In this document: positions 1 to 7,853 of the stretch, in pieces
Position numbering within the stretch: position 1 is the stretch's first letter
How the letters are laid out: each line of letters begins with the position of its first letter
IMG/VR virus record: IMGVR_UViG_3300034283_001314
Direction: 5' to 3' (one strand)
DNA length: 64,000 nucleotides
DNA from: a virus
Lineage: Duplodnaviria > Heunggongvirae > Uroviricota > Caudoviricetes
Program-made: the position numbers and the translations under genes
Notes under the pieces: model-generated
The model's input: the letters and a program-made list of their open reading frames with translations, nothing else
The model's database searches: none
What the model was told of the DNA's origin: nothing

Positions 1-2
1 AC

Positions 3-539
3 TTTAGTAAATCAAAGAAATATCCTGTAATGGTGGAGTGGTGGGAAACAAAAGCAAAAGTAGCATGTGAAAAACCATTAGCTAGAAAGGATAACTTTAA
101 ACCAGATCCACAATTACCAAATGAAACTAATATTGGACAGGATTATGTAGGTAGTGGATTCGATAGAGGTCATTTGATGCCGGCAAAGAGTAACCAATGC
201 CAAACTCAGCAAGTTCAGGATGAGTGTTTCTATTATTCAAATATGGCAGCACAATACCATAGATTAAATGCAGGTGATTGGAAATCATTGGAAACCCTAA
301 CAAGAGAAATTGCATCTAAGCAAGACTCAGTTCACATATGGGCAGGAAATGTAGGTGAGATTAAAAGAATAGGTAAAGTAGCAGTTCCTAAACAATGTTG
401 GAAAGTGGTATACACTAAGAAATCAAATGAATGGATGGCATTTATATTTGAGAACGATTTATCAAATCCGGATGGAATAAATAATAATAAAGTTGACTTA
501 GTTGATGTAGAAAAATTGACTGGGTTGAAGTTTAAATAA
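3..539 (+). CDS. DNA/RNA non-specific endonuclease (His-Me finger, DRGH family), 5' end probably truncated by window edge
   Basis: Frame is open to the window start. 'GSGFDRGHLMPA' matches the DRGH catalytic motif of Serratia NucA/EndoG-type nucleases. Confidence 0.7.
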   Translation, partial: FSKSKKYPVMVEWWETKAKVACEKPLARKDNFKPDPQLPNETNIGQDYVGSGFDRGHLMPAKSNQCQTQQVQDECFYYSNMAAQYHRLNAGDWKSLETLTREIASKQDSVHIWAGNVGEIKRIGKVAVPKQCWKVVYTKKSNEWMAFIFENDLSNPDGINNNKVDLVDVEKLTGLKFK

Positions 540-544
540 GTTTT

Positions 545-1177
545 ATGGAAAATGAAGGTTTCTTTCCCAATTTGGATGAAACACCAAAAAAAAGAAAGGG
601 AAAAAGTTGGTCAACTGGCACAACTAAAAGAGGATTAGGTGCAAGACCGTTGTTAGAGACGGAAATTAAAGAAGCACAATCAAAATCACGTTCGGCATTC
701 GAAACAGCTAGAACATTGGGAGTATCGTATAACACATATAAGAAGTATGCAAAACTATACGATATATTTGATGTAAATTATAATCCTGCAAATATACCGA
801 TTGAACGCAGGTTGAATTTGAATGTAGGTAAATATCCATTGGCAGATATCTTACAAGGGATGTATCCACATTATCCTATTATCAAATTAAAGAAACGATT
901 GTTAAAAAATGGTGTGTTCCCTACTGAATGTACTTGTTGTGGATTTGATGAGGTTAGAATTACGGATGGAAAATCACCTTTACTATTAGATTTTTTAGAT
1001 GGTGATTGGACAAATCATAGAATAGAGAATCTAAGGTTCTTATGTTATAATTGTTTCTTTCTATTGATAGGTAAGAGAAAGATACCTAAAAACGGACAAT
1101 TTGTAGAACAGGGTATTACAGGCGATGAAGATGATAATGAAGTAGAAGATATTGAAATTGAAGATGAAGAAATTTAG
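545..1177 (+). CDS. HNH-type endonuclease-like protein with acidic C-terminal tail
   Basis: 'CTCCGF...LDGDWTNHRIENLRFLCYNC' shows an HNH-like Cys/His/Asn pattern. The C-terminal tail is D/E-rich. Confidence 0.5.
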   Translation: MENEGFFPNLDETPKKRKGKSWSTGTTKRGLGARPLLETEIKEAQSKSRSAFETARTLGVSYNTYKKYAKLYDIFDVNYNPANIPIERRLNLNVGKYPLADILQGMYPHYPIIKLKKRLLKNGVFPTECTCCGFDEVRITDGKSPLLLDFLDGDWTNHRIENLRFLCYNCFFLLIGKRKIPKNGQFVEQGITGDEDDNEVEDIEIEDEEI

Positions 1178-1186
1178 TAAATAAGA

Positions 1187-1218
1187 TTTGGAAAATTCAG
1201 AAATTTAAGTTATCTTTA
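1187..1218 (+). promoter_or_regulatory. Bacteroidetes-type sigma-A promoter (TTTG -33, TATCTTTA -7)
   Basis: TTTG at 1187-1190 and TATCTTTA at 1211-1218 with 20-nt spacing, about 25 nt upstream of the ATG at 1243. Confidence 0.4.
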
Positions 1219-1242
1219 ATTATAAACAAAAACAATAAAGTT

Positions 1243-1470
1243 ATGGCAAAGTATTATGAAGTACAAGTTACAATGCACCACGAAGTAGATAATGGTAAGG
1301 GTGTAAGTAAAGTAAAGAAAACAAAAGAAAATTATTTAGTAGATGCAATGAGTGTAACTGAAGCAGAAGCTAGAGTAGTTAAATTATTCACCGATGCGGC
1401 AATCAATGTAGATTACGAAGTGACAGGTGCAAAAGAAAGTAAAATTATTGAAGTAGTAACTGCTGAATAA
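1243..1470 (+). CDS. hypothetical protein
   Basis: ATG-initiated ORF co-oriented with the operon. The stop overlaps the next start (TAATG). Confidence 0.5.
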   Translation: MAKYYEVQVTMHHEVDNGKGVSKVKKTKENYLVDAMSVTEAEARVVKLFTDAAINVDYEVTGAKESKIIEVVTAE

Positions 1471-1718
1471 TGGAAAAGGAAATTAAAGAACAAAAAATAC
1501 AAGTTCTTAAAAGAGTTCCACCTGGTGATAGATGGGTAATGGCGGATGGTAAAAATTCGGCAGTATACCCATCTCTTACCGATGCATTAGAAGCTTGGTA
1601 TCAATTTAGAGGAGATACACAATTCTTTATGGATGCTCGTAAAGGGACGGTTGAAATTATCAAACAAGAAGAAGTAGAAAAACCTACAAAGAAATTCTCA
1701 CTATATGGCGAAGAATAA
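1470..1718 (+). CDS. hypothetical protein
   Basis: Compact co-directional ORF. Confidence 0.5.
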   Translation: MEKEIKEQKIQVLKRVPPGDRWVMADGKNSAVYPSLTDALEAWYQFRGDTQFFMDARKGTVEIIKQEEVEKPTKKFSLYGEE

Positions 1719-2082
1719 TAGAAAAACAATATTTTGTGACATTGATGGTACATTGGTATTTCAGTTTCCCTTTGATGAATTTGATGAAAACAAAGTAGAA
1801 GTTCTACCGGGTGTTGCAGAAAAAATCAAAGAATGGAAAGAAGCAGACCATTATATTGTTTTAACTACTGCAAGACCTGAAGAAATGAGAGAGGGTACTA
1901 CTAAACAAATGAAATTAGCAGGTATTCACTTTAATCAATTAGTAATGGGTATAGGTAGAGAGGAAAGATACCTTATAAACAATAACGAAAAACTAACACC
2001 TGAGATTAATAGAGCAATTGGTATTTCAGTAAAAAGAGATGGTGGATTTACGGATATAGATTTCAAATCAATTGGATTATGA
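1705..2082 (+). CDS. HAD-superfamily hydrolase-like protein
   Basis: N-terminal 'IFCDIDGTLVF' matches the DxDGT motif I of HAD phosphatases. Confidence 0.5.
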   Translation: MAKNNRKTIFCDIDGTLVFQFPFDEFDENKVEVLPGVAEKIKEWKEADHYIVLTTARPEEMREGTTKQMKLAGIHFNQLVMGIGREERYLINNNEKLTPEINRAIGISVKRDGGFTDIDFKSIGL

Positions 2083-2396
2083 GTTTTATAATAACGAGTA
2101 AATGTACGGATGTATGTGATGGTGGGTGTTTAACGGTTTGTCCTATGGATTGTATTCATGGACCTATCAATCCCACCGGTGCGGGGAAAGAGCTCGCAGA
2201 ATCAAAGGAAAAGGGGCTTAAAGGTATACAAATGTATATAAACCCTAATGATTGTATTGATTGTAGTGCTTGTATACCTGAATGTCCTGTTGACGCCATT
2301 GTTTCTAGTGAGGATGAGGCAATACAACTCGGTGAATATCAATCAGTTATAAAGAATTACGAATTTTTTGGCCTAAAATATTTGGAAAATCAATAA
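2079..2396 (+). CDS. 4Fe-4S ferredoxin
   Basis: 'CIDCSACIPECPVDAI' is a classic CxxCxxCxxxCP cluster motif. A second Cys cluster 'CTDVCDGGCLTVCP' lies near the N-terminus. Confidence 0.7.
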   Translation: MSFIITSKCTDVCDGGCLTVCPMDCIHGPINPTGAGKELAESKEKGLKGIQMYINPNDCIDCSACIPECPVDAIVSSEDEAIQLGEYQSVIKNYEFFGLKYLENQ

Positions 2397-2412
2397 ATCT
2401 TTCGTATCTTTA
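2381..2412 (+). promoter_or_regulatory. Bacteroidetes-type promoter
   Basis: TTTG at 2381-2384 and TTCGTATCTTTA with -7 at 2405-2412, spacing 20. Confidence 0.45.
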
Positions 2413-2452
2413 TGTTATACTTATATTTAATTATTAAACAAAACACAAAAAA

Positions 2453-2731
2453 ATGAGTACATTTGTAATTATAGTTATCGCATTAGCAGTGGCGGGTGCA
2501 TTAACTTACCTTTTAATGAAAAAAGGAAAAATTCAGGATTTAAACAATAATAACATTCCTGATGTAATTGAAGAAAAAGTTGCAGAAGTTAAAGAAACAG
2601 CAACTAATTTAAAAAATGATGTTAAAGCTAAAACTAAAAAAGCTAAACAAATCGTAGCTGAAGTTGCTAAGGTAGTAAAAACCGATGCAAAACCAAAGAA
2701 ATCAGCAAATAAGAAAAAAACCACTAAATAA
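2453..2731 (+). CDS. small membrane-anchored protein with Lys-rich tail
   Basis: N-terminal hydrophobic helix 'FVIIVIALAVAGALTYLL'. The C-terminal tail is K-rich. Confidence 0.5.
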   Translation: MSTFVIIVIALAVAGALTYLLMKKGKIQDLNNNNIPDVIEEKVAEVKETATNLKNDVKAKTKKAKQIVAEVAKVVKTDAKPKKSANKKKTTK

Positions 2732-2763
2732 TTTGGTAGTTTCAAAAATAAAGTATATCTTTG
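2732..2763 (+). promoter_or_regulatory. Bacteroidetes-type promoter
   Basis: TTTG at 2732-2735 and TATCTTTG at 2756-2763, spacing 20. Confidence 0.4.
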
Positions 2764-2795
2764 ACTTATAAACAATTAAAAACTAAAAAAACAAC

Positions 2796-2972
2796 ATGAA
2801 AAAAGTGTTAGCAATTTTCGCTATCGCAGCTTTAGTAGCTTGTGGTGGTGCAACAACAACAGAAGTAGTAACTGATTCAACAGCAGTTCAAACTGATTCA
2901 ACAGCGGTTCAAACGGATTCAACCGCAGCAGTGGTAGAAACACCAACAACTGAAGCAGTAGAAGTTAAGTAA
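2796..2972 (+). CDS. small lipoprotein with TDSTAVQ tandem repeats (58 aa, below the ORF-track cutoff)
   Basis: 'MKKVLAIFAIAALVACGG' is a signal peptide with a lipobox Cys. It is followed by three TDSTAVQ repeats and is preceded by a promoter and followed by a terminator. Confidence 0.45.
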   Translation: MKKVLAIFAIAALVACGGATTTEVVTDSTAVQTDSTAVQTDSTAAVVETPTTEAVEVK

Positions 2973-2980
2973 ATTATAAA

Positions 2981-3007
2981 GGGGATAAGAAATTATCCCC
3001 TTTTTTA
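2981..3007 (+). terminator. rho-independent terminator
   Basis: GGGGATA-agaaat-TATCCCC hairpin followed by T6. Confidence 0.6.
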
Positions 3008-3025
3008 TTAAAGGAGTAACAATAG

Positions 3026-3463
3026 ATGATTAAATGGAAAAAAGAGATGCAAGAAAGTTACAATTTATACTTAGATGATATTAGAGAGCCTTCTCAATCA
3101 TTCAAAAAGAGTGGTGATAGTAGATACAATGATTTAAAATGGAACATTGTTAGATGTTATAGTGAATTTGTAGAAACAATAGCATTAAATGGTATTCCTA
3201 ATATCGTATCATTTGACCACGATTTAGGTGAGGAACATATTAACTACTATTTTGATAATGGTGGTAGAGAAAATCCTCCTGACCCATTAAAAGGTCACTT
3301 TACCGAAAAGACTGGATATGACTGTGCTAAGTGGTTGGTTGAGTATTGTAGTGAAAATGGTTTACCAATGCCAGAATACCTAATACATTCAGCAAATCCT
3401 GTGGGAAGTCAAAATATCCGTTTTATATTGGAAAATTACACTAAAAAACACCCATTTTCATAA
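3026..3463 (+). CDS. hypothetical protein
   Basis: ORF preceded by a strong SD-like 'AAAGGAGTAACAAT' sequence. Confidence 0.55.
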   Translation: MIKWKKEMQESYNLYLDDIREPSQSFKKSGDSRYNDLKWNIVRCYSEFVETIALNGIPNIVSFDHDLGEEHINYYFDNGGRENPPDPLKGHFTEKTGYDCAKWLVEYCSENGLPMPEYLIHSANPVGSQNIRFILENYTKKHPFS

Positions 3464-3536
3464 CTAGTTGATTATCAATGAGTTACGATATTAGAAAAAA
3501 ATCTAATGTGTAAATGATTGATTGTCAACGATTTTA
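3461..3536. repeat. dyad operator-like repeats (TTGATnATCAA core), 2 copies
   Basis: 'gttgattatcaatgagttac' and 'gattgattgtcaacgatttt' are members of a repeat family seen at 6 loci in the window. Confidence 0.5.
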
Positions 3537-3554
3537 AAAAAACTTTCCAAAAAG

Positions 3555-3586
3555 TTTGGCGGTTTCAAAATAATGTCGTATCTTTG
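3555..3586 (+). promoter_or_regulatory. Bacteroidetes-type promoter (GTCGTATCTTTG class)
   Basis: TTTG at 3555-3558 and TATCTTTG at 3579-3586, spacing 20. Confidence 0.5.
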
Positions 3587-3642
3587 GTATATATCCAAAT
3601 TGATAAAGATATATCCACACACACATTATATAATCTTTTAAT

Positions 3643-3909
3643 ATGACAGTTATGAGTAAACTACCAAAAAATCTTAAAATGATTAGTTGTCCCAAATGTT
3701 TAGGTAAAATGCCTGAATTGAGATTAACTAAATTCGGTTATCGTTTTTGTATTAATTGTTCCACTACACAAAGAGTTGGTGGTGTTGCAATTGCAAATCA
3801 TAAGACGGGTAACGAAATACAAATTATGCCTATGGAACAAGCAAATAGATTATACAAGTTGTCACAAAGACAAGGGTATGGTGTTTGTAAAGGTATGAAA
3901 CATAATTAA
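3643..3909 (+). CDS. C4 zinc-finger protein (TraR/DksA-like)
   Basis: 'CPKCLGK...CINCS' forms a CxxC...CxxC zinc ribbon. Confidence 0.45.
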   Translation: MTVMSKLPKNLKMISCPKCLGKMPELRLTKFGYRFCINCSTTQRVGGVAIANHKTGNEIQIMPMEQANRLYKLSQRQGYGVCKGMKHN

Positions 3910-3938
3910 TAATATTTAACTTTTTAATTCTAAACAAA

Positions 3939-3964
3939 TGTGGAGCCACCACACTAAAAACTGG
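3939..3964 (+). promoter_or_regulatory. conserved hairpin plus A-rich element upstream of a start codon
   Basis: TGTGG-agcca-CCACA hairpin followed by CTAAAAACTG. A near-identical element is at 9135-9160, and both lie about 21 nt before an ATG. Confidence 0.35.
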
Positions 3965-3974
3965 AAAAACACGT

Positions 3975-4145
3975 ATGACTACTTTAAAGTCTAAATTTGA
4001 ATTTATTTCAAACCAATTAAACGAAGCATTAACTAGCGCTAACACTACAACTTCTGAACAAAAGAAAGCGTATTATTTAAGTAGAGCTTTGTACTATTCA
4101 CAAAGATTGAATACATTAGCACAAAGAGCTAAGATTTCTGCATAA
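3975..4145 (+). CDS. small hypothetical protein (56 aa)
   Basis: ATG ORF below the 60-aa cutoff that fills the gap between genes. The stop lies in the loop of a hairpin. Confidence 0.3.
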   Translation: MTTLKSKFEFISNQLNEALTSANTTTSEQKKAYYLSRALYYSQRLNTLAQRAKISA

Positions 4146-4202
4146 TTTGCAGATAAACTAAGATAGTTTGGAACATGTAGGGGTTCAATTCCCCTACTAT
4201 CT
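4137..4202 (+). other. tandem hairpins; the second resembles a tRNA acceptor/T-arm minihelix
   Basis: TCTGCA-taatt-TGCAGA hairpin. It is followed by AGATAGT...AGGGG-TTCAATT-CCCCT-ACTATCT, which has a T-loop-like TTCAATT loop flanked by a 7-bp acceptor-like stem. Confidence 0.35.
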
Positions 4203-4234
4203 TCATATTTATTAAACACTAAAACATAAAGAGT

Positions 4235-6325
4235 ATGGGCTGGTATGACAGTTTTAAAACAGGTACATTAGATTACCTTACAAAAGGTAGTTATTCAAAA
4301 CAAAAAAAGAAATCTGCAAGTTCATTTTGGGCAGATGAGTGGAGCCAGTACGATACTCCTACTACCTATTGGAGTGGTGGTGAATGGAAAACACAACAAC
4401 TTTCCAAAGTAGAAAATAGTACGGCAGAGTTACTTAAACTTAACGCACACAAAAGAGCAATCTCTAACTTTGTAAACATTCTTACAAATAAAAACATTCC
4501 TGTTACATTTGCTAAGAAAGGTGATTCATATACGGATGGTAAATCCGTAGTATTATCAGCTGAGGTTAAACCTGATAAGTTTGACGTTGCAGTAGGTTTA
4601 GCATTGCACGAAGCATCACACATTGTTCTTACAGACTTTGAATTGATGCCTAAGTATAATGCACCTAAAGATATGTTCAATCAGTTTGCAGTTGCAGCTG
4701 GTAAGGACCCTCAAAATTTAGATAGTGTAGAATATCATCTAAACAAAGATAACTTATTTGATGTAGTTAAATCATTGGTAAACTTTGTAGAGGATAGAAG
4801 GATTGATCAATACATCTACAATACTTGTCCAGGTTATAGAGATTATTATAGAGCATTGTATGATGAGTATTTCTATGATACTACTATTGATAAGGGATTG
4901 CAAAGTGATGAATATACGGATGAAACATTACAATCGTATATGTTCCGTATCATTAATATCACAAACAGCAATAGTGACCTTAGTAAGTTAAAAGGTTTGA
5001 AAGAAATTTATCAAATCTTAGACCTTAAAAACATCAATAGGTTAAAATCAACTAAAGATTCATTAGAGGTAGCAGAAAAGATTACTAATACTATTCTAAA
5101 AAACATTAGTATTGAGTTATCCGAAAAACCACAAAATGGAAATGGTGAAGGTGAAGGTGGTGAACCACAAGAAATTGATGATTTGGGAGAAAACTTTGAA
5201 ATTACACAAGGTGATGATAGTGGTGATAATTCATGTACAGGCGTTAAATTATCTAAAAATGCTAAGGCACAATTAGATAAAGCTATTAAGAAACAAAAAG
5301 ATTTCGTAAACAATAATCTTAAAAAGAAAGCCTTAACTAAGAAAGAAAATGATACACTAGACCAAATTGATAAGAGTGGAACTACAATGGAAAATGTAGG
5401 TGATACTAAATTGGAAAATGGTGGACATATTCCAGTAGTTCAATGTATGGTTTCTAAGAAAATGACAGAATCATTGATGCAAGATAGAGAGTTTCCATTT
5501 GCATATTGGAGTGATTATGATAATAAGTTTCACAACTGGAATGAGGAAACATTACGCAGAGGTATTATAATGGGTACTATTTTAGGTAAGAGAATTGCTG
5601 TTCGTAGTGAGGAAAGAGAAACAATCAATCCACGTCAAAAGAATGGTAGAATTGATAAGAGAATGGTAGCGGCATTGGGGTATGATTATGTAAATGTATT
5701 CTCTCACAAAGAAGTAGATAAATTCAAAAAGGTAATGTTACATATTACTATTGATGGTAGTGGTAGTATGAGTGGTAGGAATTGGAATGACTCATTGGCA
5801 TTAGCAATTGCAATTTGTAAAGCAGGTTCAATGGTTAGTAACTTGAATGTGCAGGTATCTATTAGAGGTACTTGGGGTAACAAACCTTACATATGTATTG
5901 CGTATGATAGTAGAGTTGACAAGTTTGAGAAAGTAAAAAGATTGTTCCCTGCTTTACAAGCAAATGGTACAACACCTGAGGGTTTAACATTCCAAGCTAT
6001 TATGAAACACTTTGTAGAAAGTACAAAAGATATGGATAGTTATTTCTTAAACATATGTGATGGTGAGCCTACCTTCTCAAACGATCAGGTAAGTTATGGT
6101 GGCCAAAATGCAGTTCTGCATACTAAGAAAATGGTAAACCAAATTAGAGAAATGGGTATCAATGTAATGAGTTACTTTGTAAGTGAGGGTGGTGGTAGTA
6201 GTTGGGGTAGTAGTTCAAAGGATAAATTCAAACAAATGTATGGTAGTGACAGTAGATTCATAGATGTTACACAAATCGTACCAATTACAAAGACATTGAA
6301 CGAGTTATTTATGAAAAAAGGGTAA
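4235..6325 (+). CDS. von Willebrand factor A (vWA) domain protein, CobT-like partner of an AAA+ ATPase
   Basis: MIDAS motif 'HITIDGSGSMSG' (DxSxS). It is a large protein encoded immediately upstream of a MoxR/CobS-like ATPase. Confidence 0.75.
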   Translation: MGWYDSFKTGTLDYLTKGSYSKQKKKSASSFWADEWSQYDTPTTYWSGGEWKTQQLSKVENSTAELLKLNAHKRAISNFVNILTNKNIPVTFAKKGDSYTDGKSVVLSAEVKPDKFDVAVGLALHEASHIVLTDFELMPKYNAPKDMFNQFAVAAGKDPQNLDSVEYHLNKDNLFDVVKSLVNFVEDRRIDQYIYNTCPGYRDYYRALYDEYFYDTTIDKGLQSDEYTDETLQSYMFRIINITNSNSDLSKLKGLKEIYQILDLKNINRLKSTKDSLEVAEKITNTILKNISIELSEKPQNGNGEGEGGEPQEIDDLGENFEITQGDDSGDNSCTGVKLSKNAKAQLDKAIKKQKDFVNNNLKKKALTKKENDTLDQIDKSGTTMENVGDTKLENGGHIPVVQCMVSKKMTESLMQDREFPFAYWSDYDNKFHNWNEETLRRGIIMGTILGKRIAVRSEERETINPRQKNGRIDKRMVAALGYDYVNVFSHKEVDKFKKVMLHITIDGSGSMSGRNWNDSLALAIAICKAGSMVSNLNVQVSIRGTWGNKPYICIAYDSRVDKFEKVKRLFPALQANGTTPEGLTFQAIMKHFVESTKDMDSYFLNICDGEPTFSNDQVSYGGQNAVLHTKKMVNQIREMGINVMSYFVSEGGGSSWGSSSKDKFKQMYGSDSRFIDVTQIVPITKTLNELFMKKG

Positions 6326-6340
6326 AAAACACCAAAAAAC

Positions 6341-6413
6341 CTAACTGGTTGAGTATCAACAAGTTATGCATAACAATAAAATGGGGTGCATAACTCGTTG
6401 ATTACTAACCACT
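6341..6413. repeat. dyad operator-like repeats, 2 copies
   Basis: 'aactggttgagtatcaacaagttatgcataac' and 'gcataactcgttgattactaacc'. Confidence 0.5.
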
Positions 6414-6423
6414 TAAAAATATA

Positions 6424-6455
6424 TTTGGTAGATTGGCAAAAAAGTTGTATCTTTG
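6424..6455 (+). promoter_or_regulatory. Bacteroidetes-type promoter
   Basis: TTTG at 6424-6427 and TATCTTTG at 6448-6455, spacing 20. Confidence 0.5.
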
Positions 6456-6511
6456 ATATAATCAAATGAGTAGAAATATAAACAATAAACAATAAACATT
6501 AAATTTCAGTT

Positions 6512-7738
6512 ATGAGTAAAAAAATGCAAAACGCAGAGTTCGGTTACACACAAGAGTGTTACAAAGTAGACAACATTAAATCTCGCTTCAACCTTGTTAA
6601 TACAATGGGTGAAGTTGCAGATGATTCAACGATTGTAGGTAGTTCAATGAGAAAGAGAGCACATACAAACGGAAAAGCAATTAGAGGACACATCAATAAG
6701 AATGGTGTGAAAACATATCGTATGGTAGAAATGCAAGAATATACGGATATGTTGGTTAAGCCGATGAATACGGATATCGCAGAAACTATCGTAGAAAATC
6801 CAACGGAGCATAAAGATGTTATTGATTTCATCCACAAAGACGGTATGGAGTTGAAACCTGCTAACTTAATTATGAACGAATTAAAGTGGAAATACTTATT
6901 GCGTTCAGCAGTTAGAGCTCGTAATATTATGATGACAGGACCGGCTGGTAGTGGTAAAACAATGGCAGCTAAAGCATTAGTAAGTGCATTGAAACGCCCT
7001 TTCTTTTACTTTAACTTAGGTGCTACACAAGACCCGAGAGCAGCTTTGATTGGTAACACACACTTTAACAAATCGACTGGTACATACTTTAGTGAATCAG
7101 CATTCATTAAAGCAATTAAGACACCTTATGCAGTTGTATTGTTAGATGAGTTGAGTAGAGCACATCCAGAAGCTGCTAATATCTTAATGACGGTATTAGA
7201 CCAAACACAAAGATACTTACGATTAGATGAGCAAGATAATTCACCAATCGTTGAGGTAGCAAAAGGTGTTACGTTTGTAGCAACCGCGAATATCGGCTCG
7301 GAATATACTGCAACACGTGTTATGGATAGAGCGTTGTTAGACCGTTTTGTAACTATTGAGGTAGATACACTAAACGCAGATCAAGAATATCAGTTATTAA
7401 ATATGTTGTATCCTGATACCAATCAAGAGGATTTGAAAGCAGTAGCTGAAATTGCATCTCACACACGTGACCAAGTAAAAAGTGAGGTTGGTAAATTAAC
7501 AACGGCAGTATCTACTCGTATTTCAGTAGAGATGGCAGGTTTGTTATATGATGGTTTCAACTTATTAGAAGCAGCAGAAGTAGCAATCTTTCCATTCTAT
7601 TCGCAAGATGGTGGTATGGATAGTGAACGTACATATATTAAACAATTAGTTCAAAAATACATCCGTGACGAGAATGATGGTGAAAAGTTATTCAACGAAG
7701 TGACAGAAGATGCTAATGATGATACGATAGTGTGGTAG
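6512..7738 (+). CDS. AAA+ ATPase, MoxR/CobS-like
   Basis: Walker A 'TGPAGSGKT' and Walker B 'VVLLDELSRAHPE'. Neighbours a vWA protein, as in phage CobS/CobT-like pairs. Confidence 0.8.
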   Translation: MSKKMQNAEFGYTQECYKVDNIKSRFNLVNTMGEVADDSTIVGSSMRKRAHTNGKAIRGHINKNGVKTYRMVEMQEYTDMLVKPMNTDIAETIVENPTEHKDVIDFIHKDGMELKPANLIMNELKWKYLLRSAVRARNIMMTGPAGSGKTMAAKALVSALKRPFFYFNLGATQDPRAALIGNTHFNKSTGTYFSESAFIKAIKTPYAVVLLDELSRAHPEAANILMTVLDQTQRYLRLDEQDNSPIVEVAKGVTFVATANIGSEYTATRVMDRALLDRFVTIEVDTLNADQEYQLLNMLYPDTNQEDLKAVAEIASHTRDQVKSEVGKLTTAVSTRISVEMAGLLYDGFNLLEAAEVAIFPFYSQDGGMDSERTYIKQLVQKYIRDENDGEKLFNEVTEDANDDTIVW

Positions 7739-7749
7739 ATATGTTATGA

Positions 7750-7834
7750 GGGTAGAGTTCATACTCATACTCATAACTGGCTCTACCCAATATTAACTCG
7801 ATAGGGGTGCATTCTGCATCCCTATCATTTTTTT
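7750..7834 (+). terminator. tandem stem-loops with rho-independent terminator
   Basis: GGGTAGAG...CTCTACCC hairpin whose loop contains (CATACT)x2.6. It is followed by GATAGGG-13nt-CCCTATC and T7. Confidence 0.6.
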
Positions 7835-7853
7835 AATTTTAAAACATAAACAT

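Noticed and set aside
2863-2925. Three 21-nt tandem repeats (actgattcaacagcagttcaa...)
   Set aside because: They lie inside the small lipoprotein ORF and encode the TDSTAVQ peptide repeat. They are a coding repeat, not a regulatory or CRISPR repeat.
3026-3463. 'SFDHDLG' in ORF 3026 as an HD-domain phosphohydrolase
   Set aside because: The surrounding sequence lacks the H...HD...H...H...D metal-ligand pattern. ORF 58255, with 'HHDLGKLG', is the real HD-domain protein.
4161-4202. Possible tRNA gene suggested by a GGGG-TTCAATT-CCCC T-arm-like hairpin
   Set aside because: Only an acceptor-like stem and a T-arm can be drawn. No D-arm or anticodon arm fits at any spacing, so it is reported as a minihelix-like structure, not as a tRNA.
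5101-5230. GNGEGEGGE low-complexity segment in the vWA protein as a collagen-like substrate for the P4H-like oxygenases
   Set aside because: It is a short acidic linker rather than a GXY collagen repeat. No collagen-like ORF is present in the window.
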